Part shown: one piece after another, positions 41,877 to 49,909 of the stretch | Numbering within the stretch: position 1 is the stretch's first letter | Layout: every line of letters starts with the position of its first letter | DNA from: a virus | Strand: one strand, 5' to 3' | DNA: 64,000 nt | IMG/VR virus record: IMGVR_UViG_3300030098_006630 | Location: 33,176-97,175 of that record | Notes under the pieces: generated by a model | What the model was told of the DNA's origin: nothing | What the model saw: the letters and a program-made list of their open reading frames with translations, nothing else | Database searches by the model: none | Made by a program: the position numbers and the translations under genes

Positions 41877-43061
41877 ATGTCTTTATACAAGTTTGGTCGA
41901 AATGATGTATTTGTAACAAATATAAAGACCTATCCAAAAGCAAATTTTTTAATTTATTCGGGTTCTTATTATTACAACCATGAAGCCCCTCAATCAGGCA
42001 CATGGTCCGACCCGGTAACTAACGTACCAGTAGGTAATCTTAGCTTATATGAGTATAATGTTGATCGCCCTGCGAATCAATTTATCTATCCTTTTGTAAC
42101 CAAGCAAGGCACTCTTACAGCTTTTAAAACCATATCTAAAGACTCTTTCATGGGTTTTGATTATGGCGATGTTATATCTGGTAGTTATCCTCTATCTGCC
42201 ACTATAGATAGAAAATTTTATTTAGAGTATACAGGCAAGCTTCCTATACCTACAACGGATGCAACTTATCGTCCGCATGTGATGGCTTTGAGAAACATCC
42301 TTAATGACAACCGAAGATTAAGCCCGCGTTATGCATACTCCGCTTCTTTTGGGGATAAAGACACTCAAATGATGACGATGATAAGTATTCCGTCCATTTT
42401 CTACGGGTCATCGATCAAGCAAGGCTCTGTAGATCTCAAATTTTACACCACAGGTTCTTTGGCAGGACAACTTATTGACTATTATAAGAATGGAGAGTTA
42501 ATTCAATATTCTGGGTCGGTTTCCGAAAATGACGGAAAAGTGGCAGGAGTTGTCCTCTATAATCAAGGAATTATTCTATTGACCGGCTCGTGGGCTATAT
42601 CTGGACATCAAGACAAATATAGGAATAGCGCGACTGATTATAATGCTGCTTGGGTTTATTATGGAGCCTCGGGTTCGGCTGGGAATGACTATCTTAGAGA
42701 ATCCAGTTATACTTTAGACTTTGAAGGATCTCAAACAATCCCGAGTCTCACTATGTTTGCACATGCTAAAAAGCATCAACTGAACAACTCTTCTAATCCT
42801 ACCTTTGTGGTGAGCAGTTCGTATAATACCAACATTATCACTGGCTCATCTAAATATATGGAATATGACAAAGTAAAGGTTAAAAATATTGTTAGTAGCT
42901 CTTATAATAATTATAGCGCGAGCTTTGCTCGACAAACTTACATTTCTGAAATAGGGATATATGACGAAGACAGAAATCTTCTGGCAATTGCTAAATTGGC
43001 AAACCCTGTTAAGAAAACTGAAGAAAACGACTATACATTCAAACTTAAGATAGACATTTGA
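41877..43061 (+). CDS. Virion structural protein (paralogue of 40643-41866)
   Basis: IKQGSV, GVVLYNQGI, NNSSNPT and C-terminal SEIGIYD...NLLAIAKLANPVKK...F.LKIDI. Confidence 0.6.
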   Translation: MSLYKFGRNDVFVTNIKTYPKANFLIYSGSYYYNHEAPQSGTWSDPVTNVPVGNLSLYEYNVDRPANQFIYPFVTKQGTLTAFKTISKDSFMGFDYGDVISGSYPLSATIDRKFYLEYTGKLPIPTTDATYRPHVMALRNILNDNRRLSPRYAYSASFGDKDTQMMTMISIPSIFYGSSIKQGSVDLKFYTTGSLAGQLIDYYKNGELIQYSGSVSENDGKVAGVVLYNQGIILLTGSWAISGHQDKYRNSATDYNAAWVYYGASGSAGNDYLRESSYTLDFEGSQTIPSLTMFAHAKKHQLNNSSNPTFVVSSSYNTNIITGSSKYMEYDKVKVKNIVSSSYNNYSASFARQTYISEIGIYDEDRNLLAIAKLANPVKKTEENDYTFKLKIDI

Positions 43062-43594
43062 TTTTAGCCTTAGACATTTCAACCAGCATCACAGGAATAA
43101 CAATACTTGAAAAAGATGGAACCCTTGTTTATAATGATGCATGGGATACAAGAAAATATAAGAACTTTTTCGAGAAGGTAGAGCATGTTGAAAAAAATAT
43201 TAATAAGCTTTGTAGCAAACCTTGGAGAATCGAGAGAGTATATATCGAGCAATCTCTCCAGTCTTTCAGATCTGGATTCTCGTCGGCTAAAACTTTGTCA
43301 ACTCTCGCTAGTTTTAATGGGGTGGTGTCATGGTTGGTATATCGAATATTGCAGATTGAACCACAATACCTAGCCGCAACCTCCGCCCGTAAATTGTGCG
43401 GGATTAAAGTTCCCCGAGGAACGAAAGCAAAGCAAGTTGTTATTCAACATATTTTAGATAATGTCCCTGAAATCGAAATAGAATACACAAAGCAAAACAA
43501 CGTGAAGCCTCATTGTTACGATAAGGCAGACAGTTGGGTTATTGCTAAAGCAGGACTTATTCAATGTCAACAGGAAGAAAAACAGCAATCATAA
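43058..43594 (+). CDS. RuvC-like Holliday junction resolvase
   Basis: ILALDIST..TG, YIEQ, L..FNG, ARK..G.K and DKADS acidic catalytic pattern. Confidence 0.85.
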   Translation: MILALDISTSITGITILEKDGTLVYNDAWDTRKYKNFFEKVEHVEKNINKLCSKPWRIERVYIEQSLQSFRSGFSSAKTLSTLASFNGVVSWLVYRILQIEPQYLAATSARKLCGIKVPRGTKAKQVVIQHILDNVPEIEIEYTKQNNVKPHCYDKADSWVIAKAGLIQCQQEEKQQS

Positions 43595-44505
43595 GGGATA
43601 TTTTCGGAGACTGTTATGGCTCCGGTTCCGAAATGCTGTTTCACTGTCCTAAATGCGAACACCACAAGCGCAAGCTCTCTATCAATATAGAGAAAGATTG
43701 CTGGAAGTGTTGGGTTTGTGATTGGTCAGGACGAAACTTAACCAAGATTGTACGTCGCTTTGGTGATGTCTATCACAAAAAGAAATGGTCAGAACTTGTA
43801 AACAAAGTCGAACTTGCTTCTTTTGAAGAGAAAATGTTTGCCGTTGAGGAGCCAGAACCAGAACAAAGAGTTGAACTTCCACAAGAATTTAAGTCGCTAG
43901 CTAACAAGAATGTCCCTCGTTCAGCAGGACAAGCCTTGCGTTATTTGCGGGACAGAGGAATAAAAAAAGATGACATTATAAGATGGAAGATTGGTTACTG
44001 TGAAGAAGGCGAATTTGCCCGCCGCATCATCATACCATCCTTTTCTTTAAATGGACATAGCAACTACTTTATTGCCCGTTCCTACGATGGGCACTGGAAG
44101 AGATACCTAAACCCCAAGGCATCCCGTAACATCGTTTTTAACCACCTTTTCTTGGACTTTGAGGACGATTTAACAATAGTCGAGGGAGCATTTGACGCAA
44201 TCGTAGCAGGACCTAACGCAGTTCCTCTTTTAGGCTCGACCCTTCGCGAATCATCCAGGTTGTTTCAAGAGATTGTAAGAAACGATACAACAGTCTACAT
44301 GGCACTTGACCCTGACGCTTATAAGAAAGAGACCAAAATTATTGAATTGCTTCTTAAATATGGAATAGAGGTTTACAAAGTCGATTTAGCAGAGTATAAT
44401 GATGTAGGCGAGATGCCTCCTAGTGTCTTTGTCGAAAGAAAACAAAACTCTTCTCTTGTAGAAGATAAATTCTATTTACTTGCTGAAAGGTTGTTTTCCT
44501 TATAA
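43564..44505 (+). CDS. DNA primase (zinc-binding domain plus TOPRIM; DnaG / T4 gp61-like)
   Basis: CPKC.HHK.KL...CWVC, YL..RGI, RIIIPS, IVEGAFDA, LDPDA, DVGEM. Confidence 0.9.
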   Translation: MSTGRKTAIIRDIFGDCYGSGSEMLFHCPKCEHHKRKLSINIEKDCWKCWVCDWSGRNLTKIVRRFGDVYHKKKWSELVNKVELASFEEKMFAVEEPEPEQRVELPQEFKSLANKNVPRSAGQALRYLRDRGIKKDDIIRWKIGYCEEGEFARRIIIPSFSLNGHSNYFIARSYDGHWKRYLNPKASRNIVFNHLFLDFEDDLTIVEGAFDAIVAGPNAVPLLGSTLRESSRLFQEIVRNDTTVYMALDPDAYKKETKIIELLLKYGIEVYKVDLAEYNDVGEMPPSVFVERKQNSSLVEDKFYLLAERLFSL

Positions 44506-44509
44506 AACA

Positions 44510-44517
44510 ACTATTTA
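44510..44517 (+). promoter_or_regulatory. Putative late promoter ACTATTTA
   Basis: Intergenic copy upstream of the internal-protein genes, immediately after the primase stop. Confidence 0.65.
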
Positions 44518-44540
44518 TTTCAGATAAAAGAGGCATTTTT

Positions 44541-44801
44541 ATGAAAATTACATCATCCCGACTTAAAGAAATTATTAAAGAAGAAGTTGAACTAGCCCTA
44601 AAGGAAGCCTGGAAAGGAGATCCTGAGATCGACCAAACCGGAGAATACGCAGATAAATCAAAAGAAGAGCTTTGTAAGATGCGAGATGATTTAAAGAAAA
44701 AAGAAAAACGAACCAAAGCCCAATCTAAAAAACTTAGACAAATAAATTTTGCTTTGCGTTCTAAACAAAAAGGACCCAAGTTTGGAAAGGTAGATTGTTA
44801 A
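44541..44801 (+). CDS. Small putative internal head protein with an MKIT..RLKEIIKEE leader
   Basis: N-terminal motif shared with 44802. GAGG SD and an upstream ACTATTTA motif. Confidence 0.6.
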   Translation: MKITSSRLKEIIKEEVELALKEAWKGDPEIDQTGEYADKSKEELCKMRDDLKKKEKRTKAQSKKLRQINFALRSKQKGPKFGKVDC

Positions 44802-44850
44802 ATGAAAATCACAAAACAGAGACTTAAAGAAATTATTAAAGAAGAAGTTG
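44560..44850 (+). repeat. 30-nt exact direct repeat GACTTAAAGAAATTATTAAAGAAGAAGTTG at 44560-44589 and 44821-44850
   Basis: Read directly from the sequence; encodes the (R)LKEIIKEEV leader in both genes. Confidence 0.95.
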
Positions 44851-45149
44851 TCAAAATCTTGGAAGGTAAAAAAACTAATGCCTCTGGAACCAAGGATAAA
44901 CAAGGCGGATGGCAAAGCGGCGTAATCGCTGAGCCGGTGTTCGAAGAAGAAGAACTAGATGAAACTTCTGCCATGGGCGGAACTCCTACAGGCGCAGTCG
45001 CGGGATATTCGGGACCCGTGAAGAAAGAAGAGAAGCTTTCTCCCAAACAAAGCAAAGAGATGGACACCGACAAGGACGGCGACATCGATGCAAAAGACTT
45101 AAAGACCCTTCGACTTAAAGAAGATGGCTGGGACGAGCCTATATCTTGA
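44802..45149 (+). CDS. Putative internal head protein with an MKIT..RLKEIIKEE leader and an EF-hand-like DTDKDGDIDAKD loop; may extend to 45242 by UGA recoding
   Basis: Shared leader and a DxDxDG loop. The frame stays open for 30 more codons after TGA 45147-45149, up to TAA at 45240-45242. Confidence 0.6.
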   Translation: MKITKQRLKEIIKEEVVKILEGKKTNASGTKDKQGGWQSGVIAEPVFEEEELDETSAMGGTPTGAVAGYSGPVKKEEKLSPKQSKEMDTDKDGDIDAKDLKTLRLKEDGWDEPIS

Positions 45150-45153
45150 CCTG

Positions 45154-45187
45154 ATGATCTTAAATGGCCAGGTAGGTCAGAAGACAT
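45154..45187 (+). promoter_or_regulatory. Candidate bacterial SECIS-like stem-loop downstream of the in-frame UGA
   Basis: Pairings ATG/CAT, TCTT/AAGA and TGGCC/GGTCA, with apical loop AGGTA starting 20 nt after the UGA. Alternative pairings also exist. Confidence 0.35.
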
Positions 45188-45246
45188 AAGAAAAGAAAAA
45201 GCTCGTAAAAAATCAAATCAGAAAAAGCCCAATAAAAAATAAACCC

Positions 45247-45274
45247 TTGATTAACTGCAAATAGTGTTTATAGT
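45247..45274 (+). promoter_or_regulatory. Sigma70-like promoter (TTGATT-N16-TATAGT) that would give a leaderless Mre11-Rad50 mRNA
   Basis: -35 at 45247-45252 and -10 at 45269-45274. ATG at 45281 lies 6 nt after the -10 box and has no SD. Confidence 0.55.
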
Positions 45275-45280
45275 ATACGC

Positions 45281-48200
45281 ATGAAAATTGCTCATATTAG
45301 TGATATTCATATTCGTAATTATCGTTATCATTACGAGTATGAACAAGTGTTTGAACAACTCTATACTAAACTTAAAGAGTTAAAACCAGACATCATTGTC
45401 AATACCGGCGATACAGCCCACACCAAACTAAATCTTAGCCCGTCTTATTTTGACATGGCTGCGAGGATGTTTGAGAAGTTGGCTGATATTGCTCCGTATC
45501 ATATTATCTTGGGTAACCACGATCTTAATCTTCGTAACCTTTCCAAGATTGATGCCGTTTCCCCCCTTGTTGCGGCACTCGACCACCCTAACATTCACTT
45601 TCACAAGTATTCTGCGGAAGTAGATGTTGGCGGTGGTATTTGTTTTCATGTCCTGTCTATTGTAGACGAAGAAAACTGGACACTTCCAACAGATATGGAT
45701 AAAGTACACATAGCTCTTTTCCACGGCTCTGTTGCTGGTGTTCAAACTTCTACTGGCTGGACAATGACCCACGGCGACATTAGCTTAGACCGCCTTACAG
45801 AATACGATTATGCCCTTCTTGGCGACATTCACAAGCCTAATCAAGAGTTAGATAAAGAAGGTCGTATTCGCTATGCTGGCTCTCTTGTCCAACAAAACTT
45901 TGGAGAATCAGAAGAAAAAGGATTTCTTCTTTGGGATATTAAAGATGCTGATACTTTTAAAGTAAAGCATCACGCCCTTGAAAACCCCAAGCCTTTTGTA
46001 ACTATCAATCTAACCAAAAAGGGAAAGATTCCCACAAAGGCACAAATTAAAGAAGGTTGTCGCCTTCGTTTGGTTTCTAGTGTTAATCTTCCGATAGATG
46101 TCATTAAACGTACCATTGACGTTGCGAAGACCAAATATAAGCCAGAAACAGTAAATTATTATTCTAATGTCTTCGGGAGAAAAGATAAGAATGAGATTAT
46201 CAATTCGGTTTTTAAAGATGACCTAAGAAGCTTAGAAGTTCAACAAGATCTCATAACTGATCATTTGATAGATTACGAACTTGAAGAAGACATGCTAAAT
46301 CAAATCTTCGACCTTAACCAGAAGTATAATAAACTTGTGACCGAAGAAGAAGAGGTAAGCCGCAATATCCACTGGTCAGTAAAAAACTTTGGATGGGATA
46401 ATCTGTTCAATTATGGTGAACAAAATTCTATTGATTTTGAGAAGTTAGAAGGAATTGTAGGTATTTTCGGTAAGAATTTCTCTGGCAAGTCTTCTATTAT
46501 TGATTCTTTATTATACACAATGTTCAACACGACTTCCAAGAATGAAAGAAAGAATCTGAATGTCATTAATCAAAACAAAGATAATGGTGCTGGAACGATT
46601 GAAATAGACATTGGAACGAACACTTATAGAATTGAACGTTCCAGCGAGAAATATGAAAAGAAACTTAAAGGAAATGTCTCTACCGAAGCACGCACAAATG
46701 TAGAGTTTACCAAAATAGATAACCTAACAGGAGAAGAAACGCCTCTTAATGGAGACACCCGAGCACAAACCGATAAAAACATTCGCTCTGTGTTTGGCTC
46801 AATAGATGATTTTCTTCTTACCTCGATGGGATCCCAGGTAGATTCTCTTGCTTATATCAACGAGGGTTCAACGAAAAGAAAAGAGATTCTTGCAAAGTTT
46901 CTTGACCTTGAAGTCTTTGAGAAGAAGTTTAAGAAAGCAAAGGATGACGCCGCTGATTTGCGCGTTGCCATCAAGAAAATGAAAGGAAGAGAATTTGGAA
47001 CTGAACTAAAAGAGAAAAGAAAAGAACTGGCTATTAATGAAGCAAAGATTGATGTAAGACGCAGAGAGTGTGATGAGCTAAAGAGGCAAGTAGTAGAATT
47101 TAGAGACTCTCTATCAGCCTTGCAGGAAAAAATCAACTCCATTCCTACGGAAGTCATTCAGATTAAAAATGTTTTAAAACAAATAAAAGACAAAAGCACA
47201 CAACTTGAAACTATTTCCAAAAAAGAAAAGCAATCTTTAGAAGAGATTGAGAGTAAGGTGGAGTTTATCCACAAGTTTGAAAAGTTTCAGAATATATTCA
47301 ACATTGATGACGCCACAGAGAAAAAAGAAAAAGCCGATGCTTTAATCAGCGAACTTGAAACTCTTGAAAAAGATATTGAGGTAACATCCTTAAAGTATCA
47401 AAATCAAGTGAAAAAGGTATCTCTTTTGAATGAAGTTCCCTGTGGCTCTGAATATTCGTCATGTAAGTTCATTAAAGACGCCTACAAGGCATCGGAAGTA
47501 ATAGAGAATACCAAGGTCGCCTTAAATGACTTAACTCTCTTAAAACGCCAAAAAACTGCTCATTTGGATGATTTAGAATATGAACAAAATAACGAGTATA
47601 TTGAGAAGTATAATAATGCGAAAGTAAAGAAGAATCAATACGAAAAAGAAATAAAAGATATTAAACTGGAAATTCAGAAAAACAAAACTGCAAGTTTAAA
47701 ACTCAACAATGAAATCAACGACTTAATTGAAAAAAGAGAAGAGTATGAAGAGCATAAAGAAGCTATTGAGAACTTAGAAACTCTCACGCAGGAAAAAAAG
47801 CGAATTGAAAAAATCATCACCACTAACGAAGCAGCTTGCGAGCGCTGCAACGAAGGGTTGTTAGAGCTTTATAAATCTAATGGCTTTCTAGAACAACAAT
47901 ACAAACAAATTGAAATTGAACAGAAAGAATGCGAGAATCTAAACACCAGTTATTCTGTCTATGATTTATACATGAAAGCGGTTCACTCTAACGGCATTCC
48001 GTCCAATCTTATTAATCGTAGCCTTCCTGTTATTAATCAGGAGATACAAAAGATTTTGTCTAATGTGGTAGATTTTGAGGTTATGTTCGAGAACGAAGAT
48101 ACAAAACTCGATATTTTGATTAAACATCCCAAGTATGATGCTCGCCCTATTGAGATGGGCTCTGGCGCTGAAAAGACAATTGCTGCGATGGCTATACGCC

Positions 48201-48433
48201 TAGCGTTGTTGAATGTTTCAACACTCCCAAAAGGAGATATTTTTATTCTTGACGAACCAGGGACAGCCCTAGATGAGGAAAATATGGAAGGTTTTATTCG
48301 TATTTTGGATATAATTAAGAGTGAGTTTAAAACAATTTTCCTTATTTCCCACCTAGAGGTCTTAAAAGACATTGTGGATAAACAAATAATCATTAACAAA
48401 GAAGATGGTTATGCTAAAGTAAATGAAAGTTAA
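45281..48433 (+). CDS. Fused Mre11/SbcD nuclease and Rad50/SbcC ATPase (T4 gp47 + gp46-like)
   Basis: Phosphoesterase motifs DIH, TGD, GNHD, FHG and GDIH; Walker A GKNFSGKS; long coiled coil with central Cys pair; GSGAE signature; Walker B FILDEP; ISH. Confidence 0.92.
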   Translation: MKIAHISDIHIRNYRYHYEYEQVFEQLYTKLKELKPDIIVNTGDTAHTKLNLSPSYFDMAARMFEKLADIAPYHIILGNHDLNLRNLSKIDAVSPLVAALDHPNIHFHKYSAEVDVGGGICFHVLSIVDEENWTLPTDMDKVHIALFHGSVAGVQTSTGWTMTHGDISLDRLTEYDYALLGDIHKPNQELDKEGRIRYAGSLVQQNFGESEEKGFLLWDIKDADTFKVKHHALENPKPFVTINLTKKGKIPTKAQIKEGCRLRLVSSVNLPIDVIKRTIDVAKTKYKPETVNYYSNVFGRKDKNEIINSVFKDDLRSLEVQQDLITDHLIDYELEEDMLNQIFDLNQKYNKLVTEEEEVSRNIHWSVKNFGWDNLFNYGEQNSIDFEKLEGIVGIFGKNFSGKSSIIDSLLYTMFNTTSKNERKNLNVINQNKDNGAGTIEIDIGTNTYRIERSSEKYEKKLKGNVSTEARTNVEFTKIDNLTGEETPLNGDTRAQTDKNIRSVFGSIDDFLLTSMGSQVDSLAYINEGSTKRKEILAKFLDLEVFEKKFKKAKDDAADLRVAIKKMKGREFGTELKEKRKELAINEAKIDVRRRECDELKRQVVEFRDSLSALQEKINSIPTEVIQIKNVLKQIKDKSTQLETISKKEKQSLEEIESKVEFIHKFEKFQNIFNIDDATEKKEKADALISELETLEKDIEVTSLKYQNQVKKVSLLNEVPCGSEYSSCKFIKDAYKASEVIENTKVALNDLTLLKRQKTAHLDDLEYEQNNEYIEKYNNAKVKKNQYEKEIKDIKLEIQKNKTASLKLNNEINDLIEKREEYEEHKEAIENLETLTQEKKRIEKIITTNEAACERCNEGLLELYKSNGFLEQQYKQIEIEQKECENLNTSYSVYDLYMKAVHSNGIPSNLINRSLPVINQEIQKILSNVVDFEVMFENEDTKLDILIKHPKYDARPIEMGSGAEKTIAAMAIRLALLNVSTLPKGDIFILDEPGTALDEENMEGFIRILDIIKSEFKTIFLISHLEVLKDIVDKQIIINKEDGYAKVNES

Positions 48434-48450
48434 TCTTAAGGAGAAAGAAG

Positions 48451-48645
48451 ATGGAAAAAATTAAAGCACTTTTAGATAGAATGACTGAAAAAGTTATTAG
48501 CCGCAAGTTTCTTGCGTGGATTACAGCGACTGTATTGTCTGCCTACAATCATATTGATTCTGCGGACTGGGTTGCCGTAACGGTGATGTATATTGGCTCT
48601 GAAGCTCTTGTCGATCTTGCTGCTCGGTGGAAACACGGAGCCTGA
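48451..48645 (+). CDS. Putative holin (64 aa, two transmembrane segments)
   Basis: ISRKFLAW...W......YIG.EA.VD pattern; AAGGAG SD. Confidence 0.55.
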   Translation: MEKIKALLDRMTEKVISRKFLAWITATVLSAYNHIDSADWVAVTVMYIGSEALVDLAARWKHGA

Positions 48646-48649
48646 TATT

Positions 48650-49045
48650 ATGCTTACTTTAAAGAAAGCTTGGATATGGATAAAAAAGCACTGGTATGTT
48701 CCGGTGCTTTTTGTTTTGTTTCTCATTGGCAGTGTTGTTGGTCTTATGGGGTTTTCTCATAATAAAAAACTAATCAAAATGCTCGAAATAAACAAAGAAA
48801 GCTATGAAAAACAAATCAAAGCCATAGAAGAAAACCATGCAGCCGAGCTTAAGAAACGAGACGAACTTTATGCCAAATATGTTGAAACAATGAAGAAGCT
48901 CAATAAAGAACATGAGATAGATTTAGATAATCTTTCCAAAGAAAAGAAAGAAAAAATGGACGAGATGGTAAAGAAATATAAAGGAACTCCCGATGAGTTA
49001 GCTAAAGAACTTGCAGAGATGTTCGGAGTAGATTATGTTGAGTAA
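48650..49045 (+). CDS. Membrane-anchored coiled-coil protein, i-spanin (Rz)-like
   Basis: N-terminal transmembrane segment followed by a charged coiled coil; adjacent to the holin-like gene. Confidence 0.45.
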   Translation: MLTLKKAWIWIKKHWYVPVLFVLFLIGSVVGLMGFSHNKKLIKMLEINKESYEKQIKAIEENHAAELKKRDELYAKYVETMKKLNKEHEIDLDNLSKEKKEKMDEMVKKYKGTPDELAKELAEMFGVDYVE

Positions 49046-49514
49046 ATTATTAGCAGTATTTTTAAGTTGTCTTGTGGCTTTCATCCCGTCTGTTGTTATG
49101 GCTGGACAAGCTGACCCCGACGATTCTCTTTCTGCCAATGGAAGAGTAATGGTGATTGGAAAAGGCGAAAAAACCCCTTTTGGAGGGCTATTGTTTGACT
49201 TGCGAGCATCACTTAAACTTAAATTGGACAAGGAGTTTGCGGAAAAGAAATACCAACTACAGCTGGATTTACAAAAGAAGCTCATTACATCAGAGTTTAC
49301 TTTAAAGCTCGGATTACTCCAGACAAAACATGATTCTTTGCAAGACAAACACACATCTTTATTAAAGATTAAAAACGAAGAAATAACCCGCTTACAAGAG
49401 TTGGTTAAAAAAAGCCCCAACGAGTATAATCATTGGTGGTTTGTAGGAGGAATCCTCGCAGGGTGTCTTCTCTCTATAGGGGTATACTACGCTGCGGTAA
49501 AAATTGGAGAATGA
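49035..49514 (+). CDS. Signal-peptide, coiled-coil and C-terminal transmembrane protein; spanin-like
   Basis: Hydrophobic N-terminus containing Cys12, a coiled coil and a C-terminal hydrophobic helix. Confidence 0.4.
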   Translation: MLSKLLAVFLSCLVAFIPSVVMAGQADPDDSLSANGRVMVIGKGEKTPFGGLLFDLRASLKLKLDKEFAEKKYQLQLDLQKKLITSEFTLKLGLLQTKHDSLQDKHTSLLKIKNEEITRLQELVKKSPNEYNHWWFVGGILAGCLLSIGVYYAAVKIGE

Positions 49515-49909
49515 AAGATAAAGACCCAAACTATGTTGTCAAGTTAGAAAAAGCGATTGCCGAGAAATACGGCGAACAAGCTATTCAAAACCCCAAGTCT
49601 GGCTGGACACCCGAAAAAGAAAAAGAATACATTGAGCAAGTAAAGAAAATCCAAGAAAAGAGAAACCAAAAACAAGATGCCTCAGAAAAGGTTGAAACTA
49701 ATGGGTTTTTGATTAATAAAAAACTACTTAATAGAGAACAAAAAAGAAACTGTCCTGTTTGCGAAAGTTATTCGCTAGAAAAAAAAGATGATGTCTATAT
49801 GACAAAATTCGAGTGTTGTTTTAAATGTTATTTAACTTATGTAGAAGATAGAGAGGAACGCTGGAAAACAGGATGGCGACCAAACACAGGAGATAAAGAT
49901 AATGTCTAG
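49511..49909 (+). CDS. Hypothetical protein with a CxxC...CxxC zinc site
   Basis: CPVC and CCFKC. ATGA overlap places the start at 49511. Confidence 0.6.
   Translation: MKDKDPNYVVKLEKAIAEKYGEQAIQNPKSGWTPEKEKEYIEQVKKIQEKRNQKQDASEKVETNGFLINKKLLNREQKRNCPVCESYSLEKKDDVYMTKFECCFKCYLTYVEDREERWKTGWRPNTGDKDNV

Noticed and set aside
44560-44850. CRISPR-like repeat-spacer unit
   Set aside because: There are only two copies, 261 nt apart, both in frame at gene starts, with no cas genes.
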